Under the pieces are notes generated by a model. The model had not been told where the DNA came from. It saw only the letters and a program-made list of their open reading frames with translations, and did not search any database. Position numbers and translations under genes: made by a program. From Eledone cirrhosa (taxonomy: Eukaryota), in assembly GCA_964016885.1 (NCBI GenBank), contig OZ024740.1:407960001-408024000 (forward strand): a stretch of DNA of 64,000 bases, written 5' to 3'. Shown here in pieces: positions 14,791-27,400 of this stretch; positions within the stretch are counted from its first letter, which is position 1, and each line of letters begins with the position of its first letter.

Positions 14791-14901
14791 ATTTTAAAAT
14801 CTATTAAAATAACACTAATTTTTTGTTTTTATTATCCAAAGATGATACATATCCCTGCATAATTACATATGTATGAATAAATAAATATATGTTTCTTTAT
14901 G

Positions 14902-14933
<32 letters not shown>

Positions 14934-14940
14934 CACACAC

Positions 14941-15333
14941 TTATGTTGGTGCCACAACATCCAGGCCGAAACAAATGAGATCGTGTAGGTGTCACGTCAA
15001 AAAACACACAGTTCACGCTGTAATGTGGCCGTGTAGGCAACACGGTAAAAACCTCCCAGCCCCACACTGTAAATGTGGTTGGTGTTAGGAAGGGCATCCA
15101 GCTGTAGAAAACCACGCTGTAATGTGGCCGTGTAGGCAACACGGTAAAATCCTCCCGGCCCCACACTGTAAATGTGGTTGGTGTTAGGAAGGGCATCCAG
15201 CTGTAGAAAACCCGCCAGACAGTCCTATGCGAGCAAGACAACCACTCTTGCCTCAAGTGGGAAAACCCCCGTCCAAACCCATGCAAGCGTGGAACACGGA
15301 CGTTAAACGTTGATGATGATGATGATGATGATA
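14941..15333 (+). mobile_element. 5'-truncated RTE LINE (3' UTR only) with internal 99-bp duplication and (GAT)n tail
   Basis: Near-identical to 44686-44970; 15014-15112 is repeated at 15113-15211; inserted after a TA/CA microsatellite. Confidence 0.9.
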
Positions 15334-16527
15334 TATAGTTTACTCAGCTGTAGAAATGAGATGATGATGATGATGATATATATGTCTGTATGCAGGTATA
15401 TATATATATGTGTGTGTGTGTGTCTGTATGCATGTATATATAAATGTATGTGACAATAACAAATATCCAATGTTTACTACTTATCTCAGAATATGTTGAC
15501 AAACGTGAAGAGGATATTAGAAAACTATGCAAAGAGCTCTTTTGTTTTTTGTTTTTTCACTCTTCTGTTTTATCACATCTAGCTTAGAGCCACACACACA
15601 ACATGTCCCCAAAAAGATGTAATGGAAACTACATAAGTTGATATTTTTTTAAATATTCATTATTTTTATGTAAATGTAATCTTTTATCATTTTCACAATA
15701 GAAGCTCCTGTTGTTGTCAAGTGACTATCGTGTTGTATTAAAATTTAGTTTACTTGGGGCATCAGCAATTCTAGAGACAAACCTGAAAACTTAGGAACAA
15801 ATCCAAGGTCATGTTCAATCTTTAATGTAGGGATTCTTCTTATTTTGACAGGGAAACAAGAAATACTCGACCGATTGTTGTGGCTTTGACAATAATTCTC
15901 ACTGAGAATAGCATGGCATTTATAGGTAGTGAAGAAATTATATAATCTAAATACAGCGGGAATTTATTTTAGGAATTATGGAACTTATTGCACAATTGAT
16001 TTATTTCTGATGAAACACTTGAAAGGACTTTGCAGCCTTGGAAGTGGTAAGCAGTCATATTTATCACCAATAATATGTGAAAAAAAATTGTTTTCTTGAT
16101 TACATTTAAGTATCAGCCGTACTAAGAGTGAGAAATAAAATTTCATTTCATTCTTTTCCATTTATCGTTTTCGGTGTGCCCGTCCGACTAACTCACTCGA
16201 TATGCAAATTAGGCTGGTCAGCCATTAATATTCATAAGGAAAGTATATACTTTCAAACATTCAATCATCTGACAGGAAGGTATACGATGCTGACAATAGC
16301 TAATTTTCTTGAAACTAGTACATCGTTCCTTTGTCAGTGTTGAACAAACGGGTGATGATGGTTGTCGAACGCTGTACGGCTTAATTCGGGATATTTGTTT
16401 ACAAACAAACCGAACATTATAATAAATGTTCGGTAAACCCATACGTACATATATATATGTGTGCATGTATGTATATATATACATACTACTGTACGTCTGT
16501 ATACATATATGTATGTACGTATACATA

Positions 16528-16561
<34 letters not shown>

Positions 16562-16705
16562 ATGATGTATATATATATATCATATATATATTATATATAT
16601 ATATGCATACACACACATAAATATATATATATACAAATACACACACACACATACACATGCATCCATTCTATTTGATAAGTTCTGTTTCATAATTATATAT
16701 ATATA

Positions 16706-17760
16706 CTAGCGTTAAAGCTCGGCGTTGCTCGGGGTCATTAAGTTACCAAAGTTAGGTTGCACCACCCATTTTATGGCAGCACTTTTTTGTCTGCCAGGCA
16801 CTGGGTGAATGAATTGCAGACCTGGAAGCAGGAGCTGCGCCAGCAGTGACAATTGTAGTTTCGCCTATGGATATTATTTCTGTGCAAAAAAGTGTTGAAA
16901 TTTATTGTTTCACAGTACTTGCGCAACACGCGCGTAGATGATGCCAGCCGAACAACAGAGCTGCGATGGAGTTGTTCTGCATGGTTGTCTGTGTGTTTTC
17001 TAAATTTAAGACAGTAGGGAGGGTTGTGATATGAGGGAGAGTTAGCTGTTGTTTCTAGCAGGTTTAGTGACCTCATAGAGGATATGTGTTTTCTAAATTT
17101 AAGACAGTAGGGAGTGGTGTGATATGGGGGAGAGTTAACTGCTGTTTCTAGCAGGTTTAGTAACCTCATAGAGGATATGTGTTTTCTAAATTTAAGACAG
17201 TAGGGAGTGGTGTGATATGGGGGAGAGTTAGCTGCTGTTTCTAGCAGGTTTAGTGACCTCATAGAGGATATTATTGTTTATCATTATCTATAAAAGGCAG
17301 ATTGTTGTTGTTGTTGAAGTGAGTGTGTGTTTGTATGCGTTTGGAAAAGAGGTTTTAAAAAAGATTTATCGCTTGTTGTTGAATAAATGTATCTGTATAA
17401 AAGAGAAAGTAGCAAAATGTGTGGGTTGTAGTTAGAGGTAAGCAGATGATATGAGAGAGTAAAACGGACAGTATCACCATCAAGCTTGGAAAGAGCAAGT
17501 AGCAGAAAGTATGAAGTTGTATAGATTTTGAATGGTAGTGGAAAGAGTTTAGCAGTTTAAACGACAGAGAAAAATCGTAAAATATTGAGTTTTATCTATT
17601 TTTTGCATAATTGTGTGTGAAATTGAAAAAAATTATCTGTGCCAAGACGCAATCGAAGCTATTTCGAATACTGAATTGTAAATTTCAATTGAAGAAATTC
17701 TATATCGTAGATTTCTATAAGAAAGGAGCATGACCACACACTGAGCTTTATAGATTATGA
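16706..17760 (-). mobile_element. non-autonomous Helitron
   Basis: Minus strand begins TC (TCATAATCTATAAAGC) after A and ends with GC-rich subterminal CCCCGAGCAACGCCGAG followed by CTAG before T; no TSD; internal tandem repeats. Confidence 0.75.
16992..17270. repeat. 93-bp tandem repeat, 3 copies, inside the Helitron
   Basis: tgtgttttctaaatttaagacagtaggg starts at 16992, 17085 and 17178. Confidence 0.95.
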
Positions 17761-17863
17761 TATATATATATATATATATACGTTATTCCGGGTTGAATCG
17801 GAGGTAACCACAGTAAGTAAGGTACTCAATACATAGCAGAGTATAACAGTTTTAATATAGATG

Positions 17864-17914
17864 AGATTCTACAGGACTAGAACTGTTTCATTCATTAGAA
17901 ATCATCAGGAATCT
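17864..17914 (-). ncRNA. type I hammerhead ribozyme (mirror of 18529-18579)
   Basis: Exact reverse complement of the + motif. Confidence 0.75.
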
Positions 17915-18528
17915 GGGTATCAAAAAATAAATATGGTATTTATAGGTCTCTACAAGTGGTAGGAGAGGGTGGGGAGCGGGATGGGTGCAGGTCATTGGTT
18001 GATAGAAAAGGGAATTCATTAAAAGCTAATTCTACAAAGCTATAGTTAATTTTTATTTTTATTTATATTTATTTATGTTTTTAGAGTAACAAAGGCAGAC
18101 AGAATTCTATAAACAGGTTCCGGATGGCATACCATTCCTTGTCAATAAGTTTCTCTTAAGCTAACAGATGTCTATAAAATCAGTGGGGGGTCAGTCATGC
18201 TCCATAGAATTAAAGAAAAGGAAGATTCTTTAATTCTATGGAGCATGACTGACCCCCCACTGATTTTATAGACATCTGTTAGCTTAAAAGAAACTTATTG
18301 ACAAGGAATGGTATGCCATCCGGAACCTGTCTATAGAATTCTGTCTGCCTTTGTTACTCTAAAAACATAAATAAATATAAATAAAAATAAAAATTAACTA
18401 TAGCTTTGTAGAATTAGCTTTTAATGAATTCCCTTTTCTATCAACCAATGACCTGCACCCATCCCGCTCCCCACCCTCTCCTACCACTTGTAGAGACCTA
18501 TAAATACCATATTTATTTTTTGATACCC

Positions 18529-18579
18529 AGATTCCTGATGATTTCTAATGAATGAAACAGTTCTAGTCCTGTAGAATCT
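18529..18579 (+). ncRNA. type I hammerhead ribozyme
   Basis: Stem I AGAUUC/GAAUCU; core CUGAUGA; short stem II UUC-UAAU-GAA with a U.U first pair; GAAA; stem III ACAG/CUGU; GUA triplet with predicted cleavage after 18573. Confidence 0.78.
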
Positions 18580-18591
18580 CATCTATATTAA

Positions 18592-18633
<42 letters not shown>

Positions 18634-20940
18634 ATATGTGAAAATATCTCTCTGATTTGCAGGCAATTTCGGTTTAGCGACAAGATGATTTACAGCACTA
18701 AAACATGATTCCACAACATATGGAGCAGAGAAATTATAATAGATATCATATTCCTTATAGTTAAATATAAAGCAGACATTTTGTGTGTTGTTTTTTTCTT
18801 TTTGCATAAATTTTGATATCTACCGTTGTTGAAATTAGATTTGCTTGCTACACAATATTCAAGGTATAAAAGTTCTTTCTGGTATGTAACATCAATTTTG
18901 GTGGCATTAAAATGCCTCACTAGCCTTATATATCATCATCACCATCATAATCATCATCATCATTTTTATGTCCGTTTTTCCATGCTTGCATGAGTTGGAT
19001 GGATCTTCATATACCTTCAAATTCAAAATGTCATAAATCACTTTACCATATCTAATTTAAATTAGTTAAGATGACTTCTGAACCTTTCCTTATCCTCTGG
19101 GTATATATCAACTTTAATTGATGACAATTAGGGAAGCTGATGAGACAGCATTTTATGCAACTTATAAGTGTTCTGTTGGTTTCTTGAAGCTGCAAATTGA
19201 TCTTATTAATCTCCATTAAAATACCTGCTAAATAAAAGCATGCTTTATTTTTTTTAATAGTTGATAGATATCAACTTTATTATAATTTTCAAAAATCCCT
19301 GTGACACAGTCATATAGTTTAACAAAATAATTCAAACATGTATGTTTTGAATGTCAACGAACTGTGTAGTAGTAATCTAATAAATTACTCGTTATTATCC
19401 TATCTCAGTTAAATATCAAAACATCATTTTTAGTATTCATTTTCATTTGATTTATTATACTTAATGATATATGAAGGCTTGTACTCAAATATTTTCATAC
19501 AAGATGTTGTCCAATGTACCACATAATAAACATACAAAATATTTGGAATCTCTTCCTTCAAGTATACAACAAACCCATGATAGTGGTCTGCCATTGTAGT
19601 ACTACATGTAATACATTGTTCAAGGACATCCTGTTTTTAGCAAAGTGTGATTTTACTGCACTAAATATTTTTTTTTATCCTAAACGGACGGTAGTCCGTT
19701 TAGTAATATTGTTGTGGTCGTGTTTTCGTTGGCAATCGTCTGTTTACAGCGCGGCTCTACTTTATTTAACTGAGATAAAACTTATATGAGCATGAACAGT
19801 AGATCATTACGCATCTTTTGGCTTAAAAATCTAGAAATTTGGTCCAGCGAGAAAAAGTTTATAATTAAAGTTTGCTGATAAATCTTGTGTTCAAGGGAGT
19901 GAGTAGTAAGCGTGACGCTAGGGGAGGTAATCCAGAAATGACGACGTTTGGAAAAGTTTAATTACTGCATAAAAGAAATGATTCAAAAATTGAACTTGCC
20001 CAATCTTCACAACATTGAAAATTGGTCAAAATTTGACAAATCTGACTTCAAACAAGATATGATTCATTTGAACAATGTTGGAAATCTTAAATTGACACAA
20101 ATTTTTGCCAATGTTTTTGCCACCTGATCCTTGTTCTATGGCTGACTGACTAATTTTGTGACTTAATAAAATGTCATCATACTAGTAATGCACAATGGTC
20201 ATTTTTAAATTTAAATTTTATTAAATAGTTGTTGCTTGCATTGCCTTAAAATAGTAACAAGAATGTACACATACTTTTTTAAAATACATCATTATCAGTC
20301 AAATCAGTCAAATGTCACTAAAAGCCAGGTGGTCGATAACAACTTCTATAAGATTAGTTACATGCTCACACATTGGATCACCTCTCATCAATGGCATTGG
20401 GTGTCTGAGATAATCGTGGAGATAACTGATGAAGTCACAAATGAAGTGATGGTCTTACAGTGTGAACAACTCCCTGTATCCATTGATATAGTTGATGGCT
20501 TCCGATTCATAGGTGCATTTTATGAGGAATTCCATGCATCCGATTTTCAGTGATTCAATGGGCATTTTATCAGAGATGATAAGGTATTTGACCACGTTTT
20601 GCTTTGTAAGTAAATTGGAGAGAATCACTGCAGTCAAAGTCATTTCTTTGCATGGGTTTTTGTCCATTCTAAAAAATTAAAATGATAAAGTATTACTACT
20701 ATATAACTTACATCTATTGTTGTAACACCACTGAAATGCACAAGTTTCACCAATTCACTATTATGCACTAATCATCTCAAATGCATTCATGATTTACTAG
20801 CTTTGTCATTAAGCCAGTTGCCTCAACTAGATTGCAATTATACTCAAAAGAACTTTAAAATGTCAATCACTTGTCAGTAATTCACTATGATCATTTAATT
20901 ATTAGATAGTTGTTGCTTGCATTGCCTTAAAAAATAGTAG

Positions 20941-21985
20941 ACCAGATAGAAAAATGCGTACAGCAAAAAAAAGTAATATTGTTGGAATATAAACCTTTAA
21001 AAATACAGGACAAGAAACTAAAATAAAACTTTAAAAGAATAGGACAAGAAACTAAGATAAAACTTTAAAAGAATAGGACAAGAAACTAAGATAAAACTTT
21101 AAAGAATTGGACAAGAAATAAAAAATTTTACAATAATATTAGTGGCAAATTTTTTTTATTCGTTTCCTGTGCTATGCCCCAGTATCTTCTTGATTAGTGC
21201 ATAATAATTGTCATGCTCTCATTGTGCGTTGCCCCTGAGCGGTTGGTTGGATGAGCAGTTCTGCTCCGTCAGAATGACCATTGCAAGAAGAATTGGCCGA
21301 TGCAGCTGCAGGTCTCCTCTAAGAATGCACTTTTGGTCCCGCAACACCAGACGAAGATGGAGAAGACGACCGGGACAAGATGTCGACTCTGACCACCGAC
21401 TACGGCACCTCCCTCAACCACCGGTTCTCCCTCCCTCTGTCCCGTCATCCCTCCAGTCCTCCTGCTCCCCCTTCCTGTACCAGAAAGCTGTGGCACGCAT
21501 TCATCTGGACTGCCGGACTTGAACTCAAGGACAAGATGCAAGGAGAAGATGGACGGGTTGGTCAAGATCAAGGATGAGCGGGACGACAAGACCGTCCGCT
21601 GCTGCTCAAGATCTGTGCTCATGGGCCCATGGGTCCATTCACATTATGCATGACACATGAGGCGTGTCGCCGAATGATAAAATAGGGGTATGGTTATGGC
21701 CCAATTGGTGTTCAAACCAGGATCAAATGATCCCCCCGGTCTGACGACGACCTCTGAATGTGGAACCCAGAGCCTATGAATGTGGAACTCGATTTTTTAC
21801 CAATAAAAATTTTGCCACTAATATTATTTTAACATTTTTTATTTCTTGTCCAATTCTTTAAAGTTTTATCTTAGTTTCTTGTCCTATTCTTTTAAAGTTT
21901 TATTTTAGTTTCTTGTCCTGTATTTTTAAAGGTTTATATTCCAACAATATTACTTTTTTTTGCTGTACGCATTTTTCTATCTGGT
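20941..21985. mobile_element. foldback/MITE-like element with ~180-210-bp terminal inverted repeats containing 31-bp subrepeats
   Basis: accagatagaaaaatgcgtacagc... (20941-21152) is the reverse complement of 21805-21985; ggacaagaaactaagataaaactttaaaagaat subrepeat occurs 4x on the left and 3x on the right; GC-rich 650-bp interior. Confidence 0.8.
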
Positions 21986-21997
21986 TTCTAACATTAC

Positions 21998-22220
21998 TAG
22001 TTTCTAATTTAGGCATAAAGCCAGTAAATTCTGGGTGAGAGAAAGTCGATTATATCAACCTCAGTATTTTACTGGTACTTTATTTTATCCCCCCACCTTT
22101 CCCAAAGGATGAGAAGCAAAGTTGAACTTGGCAGGATTTGAACTCAGAATGTAAAAAGGTGTAACTAAATGTTGCAAAACATTTTGTCCAACACTCTAAC
22201 CATTCACCAATCTGCCACCC
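21998..22220 (-). mobile_element. SINE family A (older subfamily)
   Basis: tttctaatttaggc...ggatttgaactcag...ccaatctgccaccc. Confidence 0.75.
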
Positions 22221-23129
22221 TATTACTGCACTAAATATTGATTATCTTTTTGTATCAATAATAAGATTTAAAGTGAATAGCATTTCTTCTGGTAATATAC
22301 ATTTTTTTATCAAAATACCATACATATGTCATTACCGTTTGCAATAGTTGACTCACCCAACTGCATAGAGAATGGTGAATAGCTATAAGTTTATCTTTAA
22401 TGTTAACAACCATTTATTTGGTCAATGCATTGCTTTATTGTCTTATTGCAAAAGGATAATGTTTTTATAACTTCAGTGTTATTCTGATGTACTGTTGAGA
22501 TATACCACATTTCCAGTTGAAGGCGCTACTTTTTTCCTAAAATAAGTCACAAAAATCTACCATGCATCCTGGAATCAAATTTTTGGTTGTCAAAATGAGG
22601 GTGTGTTCGGCGCCAGGAAATACGGTATATATTCTTTGATAAAAGAATATATTTTTCAAAGATTCTCCAATGTTATGGGTCTTATTACTTTTTACAATTA
22701 ATTCTGATGTATGATATGCCGTAATTAATTCATCTGCATTGTTTTAATTTTATTTCTTTAATGATAGTTTTTGTAGAACAATATTTAAATTTCTCATGCA
22801 GTTCTCGAAAATATTCAATGAGTTTGTTTTTCTCTTTTGAATGTTTTGTAAAGATGTTCTTCAATTGACAAGGTTTAAGAGCTTCATTAAAAATATCTTG
22901 TGACACAGTAAACACAATAGAAGTTGTTTGTTTGTAGTAGATTCTATGATACTCTAATAAATAGCTATGAGACATGGTTTAAATATTTGTTCCATAAATC
23001 ATTTTAAAAGTCACAACAATAATATGAAACAAAAATCAGAAATCTCTCAAAGTACAGTAGCATGCACTAGCAATATGTAGTCAACTCTTGGTACAAACCT
23101 TGATCTATATTTCAAGGTATTATGAACCA

Positions 23130-23282
23130 CGTACACATGTGTGAGCGTGTCTGTGTGTATATCATGACTCATACACTGTTCACTTTCCTGACATTTGTAC
23201 ATTAATCTATGTACTACACATGCACCTTTGATGAGTTGTAGTGCACCTGAGCACTGTACACAATAATTTCATTTCATTTTTT
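23130..23282 (+). mobile_element. CR1 LINE 3' UTR fragment
   Basis: gagttgtagtgcacctgagcactgtacacaataatttcatt is shared with 58240-58290 and with the reverse complement of 45966-46020. Confidence 0.85.
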
Positions 23283-23294
23283 CATGATTGTCCA

Positions 23295-23661
23295 TTATTT
23301 TGGTAGTGCATCAGACACCATGCTTTGCAGCACAGAGTTATGGCCCTTTACGGCCTGAGTTCAAATCCCCCCAAGGTTAACTTTGCCTTTCATTCTTACA
23401 GGGTCGATAGAATAAAGTACCAGTAATGCACTGGGATAATTGCTGGCATAGAAACAATTATTATGGATAGGCAGTGGATTGGCAGAATCGGTTGAGAGTC
23501 AGACACCATGTTTTTCAGCATAGAGTTACGGCCCTTTACGTTCTGAGTTCAAATCCCGCCGAAGTTAATTTTGCCTTTCCTCCTTATGGGATCGATAAAA
23601 TAAAGTACCAGTAATGCATTGGGGTAATTGCTGGCCTTGTGCCAAAAGTAGAAATAATTAT
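23295..23661 (+). mobile_element. two tandem SINE family A copies
   Basis: B boxes at ~23357 and ~23545, each followed by the family A core. Confidence 0.8.
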
Positions 23662-24749
23662 TAGGATTAGATGTAATCTAATGCAAATACAGAACAAAAA
23701 AAGACTAACAATAGAAAAACTTAATAACCCTAAACCAATTTTAAAAAAGATCAATAATAAATAGATATATATGTATATATATATATTGATGTAAATCTGT
23801 GCCTGGACCAGAATTTTAGGTACTTAGATATAAAATTCCTAATATAGATTTACAAAACTACTAAACTATCAGTATTACTAAATTAAAATACAATAACTGT
23901 AAAGTAAACATCAAATAATTCACATGATACCTCGTCACTATTTCGATGTTATTGGTTGAAGCAGAGCATAATAAATAACAATTTCAATGAAAGATCTATC
24001 TAATACAACTTAAACCTTTACCATTTACATTACTCTAAATTTTTACTATTGTATTTTTATAGTAAACACTTTATTTCACATAATTATCTCACATAATATT
24101 GAATCTACGAGATGTTGATATTATTTATCTTGAGAACAATATCCTAACATAAGTATGATCAGCCAGTTATGGCTGGTTTGAACAGAAAGAGGTGAAAATT
24201 CTGACCAGATATGGCCAGTTTAAATGCTAAAGAGTTAAATAAAGATCCAGTCTCAGAAAGACAAAGCTTTCGTTCAATACACTTTCAAAACATGAAAAGA
24301 GTTCAAGTTCTCTTAAAGTGGTGAACACATGATGTAAAAACAATTTTCAATCAGATTTCTCTACCTTCCCTGAAGGGAGCTGATGTTGATTGGGTTTTGA
24401 ACAATGCTTGTGGTTTGAAGTGTTGAAAAATTTGCAGAAAGTTTTAGAAAAATGGTAATTTCCATCTGAAAGTAACCTTTCAGCGATATCTATGAGGAAG
24501 CATCATAACTCTTAACCAGTGTATCATTATCATTACTCATTGGGAATCAGCGAAATATAACAGAAATATGTCTATGTGTATGTGTAATCTTCATATTTCC
24601 AGCAGGTTTCTGCCACCCACTTGAAATCTCAAATTACCAGCGGCAACAATACAACACAGGTTAATGTCATTAACAAACATATAAGGGATTGTACATACTT
24701 CTAAAAACAAGGATTTTTATGTTATAAATAAACCCTATGTATGGATATG

Positions 24750-24786
<37 letters not shown>

Positions 24787-25674
24787 AAGCATATACATAT
24801 ATACATGTGCATGTGCTTGTGTGTGTAAGCATATGCATATATACATGTGTGTGTTTGTGTGTAAGCATATACATATATACATTTGTGTGTGAATGTGTGT
24901 AAGCATATGCATATATACATGTGCGTGTGTGTAAGCATATACATATATACATGTGTGTGCTTGTGTATATACATATAGCAAAAGGCAGGAATTATTCTCA
25001 CACACACATCTGTATGTGAATGTGTGGGCATATGTATATATACACACACCATACACACAAGCACACATACACAGACGCTCACAAATAGGTTTTGTTGACT
25101 CAGTGATACAGCACACATAAATGGTCAATACATTCTTGTGTTTAGAGATATGTACAATCCATTATACATTTGTTATGTCATATTGATAATGGCTGAATGA
25201 TTTGTGATTGATTTAACACAGATGGTCTCCAATATCAAGTGTCATTCATCTTGGATCAGGAGGGTTGCCTTAAAGTTCATTCCTTCTTAGTCCACTAAAA
25301 ACTATAAGCAATGATAAAGTCAATTGTATAAAACCTTTAGGTAAACATAGGCAGTCTTGACACATACACACATATATGTATATGTATAGATACCACAATT
25401 ACCATCATCATCATCTGCTTTCTCTGCTAGCAAGAGTTGGATTTTAAAATAATTAAATGGATGATAAATCCTGGTAAATTGTATGCTGCATTTTTGTTGA
25501 TTTTTGGTTTGTATTTTGTAATTAGCAAAAACAGCTAGACTGACATGCCAGCAGACAGATTGATATATTAGTAGGCAGTTACATAAATAGACCTGAACTT
25601 CTTTTTTACTTCAGCTATTTTTCTCAATTGCTAAAAACGAATTTCTGTTTTGAATATATTAAATCCATTTATTT

Positions 25675-27400
25675 TTCAGGAGGAGGAGGATGTAGGACTA
25701 AACAGACAGTAGATGTATAAAAAAAATAAAAAAATTTTTTATATCTATGAAAGCATAGATATTCTCAGAGGCTTTTATGACCTCCTGTGTGAAAGATTAG
25801 TTTGTGGGAATTAATAATTTGGAAATAGAAACATAGAAGAGAACAACATTCAACAATAACAGAGGTAAACATGTGGCACTTGGAGTGCTACATGTCTACC
25901 TCTGTTGGTGTATCATTATGTTCTTGAATCCCGCCTAGGTTAACTTTGCCTTTCATCCTTACGGGGTCGATAAAATAAAGTACCAGTAGTACACTGGGAT
26001 AATTGCTGGCCTTGTGCCAAAAGTAGAAACAATTATGTTCTTGGTGAATTGGCAGTATCGGTAGAGGGTCGGACATGTTTTCTAGCATAGAGTTACGTCC
26101 CTTTACGATCTGAGTTCAAATCCTGCCGAGGTTAACTTTGCTGTTTAGTCTGTTAAAAAATACCCTTACCATTATCAAAAAAAAAAAAGAAAAGGGTTTT
26201 CTCCTCATGTAATAGGAGCTTAATAATAGCAACTTTTTCTTCTTTTTCCCAACAGCAAGAATATTCAATGCATTTATATTATTTGATTCAGATATTATTT
26301 TGCACTTTAAGAGAAGGTGCATTCACATATACTGCTTACTGTAGCAAATGACTTTAAAAATAGATACTGCACTTCATTCATAGTTGGTTGGTTTCCACAA
26401 TGCTCCAACAATTTATGCAAATATTCAAATTTACAGAAGCTTTTAACTCATTCAAGCATTGTGAAGCAGATATAGAAGATTTATGTGAAAAGATTATTGG
26501 AATAATGGGAACAGATAATAATGTATGCAGGGTGGGGGTGATAGTAGTAGTTACATATTGTATAATTAGACAAAGGAAATTTGTAAGGAAGTAGTTTGGG
26601 TTGGATGTCAGTTAATACAGGATTAAGTTTCATGGAAAGATGCTGAATGGTAGACGAGATCAAATATTATCAGCATAGAAAGGCAGATATTGAAATAATT
26701 AAGAGGAGAAGCAGAAGGGGTAGTGGTGGTGGAAATTCAGGAGGAGGAGGATGTAGGACTAAACAGACAGTAGATGTATAAAAAAAATCAAAATTTTTTT
26801 TATATCTATGAAAGCATAGATATTCTCAGAGGCTTTTATGACCTCCTGTGTGAAAGATTAGTTTGTGGGAATTAATAATTTGGAAATAGAAATATAGAAG
26901 AGAACAACATTCAACAATAACAGAGGTAAACATGTGGCACTTGGAGTGCTGCATGTCTACATCTGTTGGTGTATCATTATGTTCTTGAACCCCCCCCCCC
27001 CCATGACTATGCCTTTCATCCTTACGGGGTCGATAAAATAAAGTACCAGTAATGCACTGGGTAATTGCTGGCCTTGTGCCTAAAGTAGAAACAATTATGT
27101 TCTTGAATCCTGCCTAGGTTAACTTTGCCTTTCATCCTTACGGGGTCGATAAAATAAAGTACCAGTAATACACAGGGATAATTGCTGGCCTTGTGCCAAA
27201 AGTAGAAACAATTATGTTCTTGGTGAATTGGCAGTATCGGTAGAGGGTCGGACATGTTTTCTAGCATAGAGTTACGTCCCTTTACGATCTGAGTTCAAAT
27301 CCTGCCGAGGTTAACTTTGCCTTTCATCCTTACAGGGTCGATAAAATAAAGTACCAGTAATGTACTGGGTAATTGCTGGCCTTGTGCCAAAAGTAGAAAA
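25675..27400 (+). repeat. local duplication (25675-26141 approx. equals 26736-27320) with a cluster of SINE A pieces
   Basis: ttcaggaggaggaggatgtaggactaaacag... is repeated 1061 bp apart at very high identity. Confidence 0.9.

Larger units (their letters stand above)
17781..18595. mobile_element. palindromic (snap-back) Penelope-like insertion in (TA)n
   Basis: Arms 17848-18217 and 18226-18595 (370 bp, 2 mismatches seen), 8-nt loop, unpaired 67-nt extension 17781-17847, (TA)n on both sides, a hammerhead near each outer end. Confidence 0.85.
18645..22990 (-). pseudogene. fragmented Buster/Charlie-type hAT transposase, split by nested insertions at 19670-22222 and about 22510-22626
   Basis: Collinear minus-strand motifs: EALKPCQLK..FTKHS..KNKLIEYF (~22850), FSMQLGEST (~22360), LQLQ (~19190), YVVESCFSAVNHL (dimerisation region, ~18700). 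Confidence 0.7.

Noticed and set aside
16771-17262. 163-aa ORF with 31-aa repeats
   Set aside because: A by-product of the 93-bp tandem repeat within the non-autonomous Helitron.
25672-25713. tttttcag-GAGGAGGAG candidate exon (also acceptor-like sites at 1282, 10329, 41102 and 41387)
   Set aside because: Short frames with no recognisable product; such motifs are expected by chance in AT-rich DNA.
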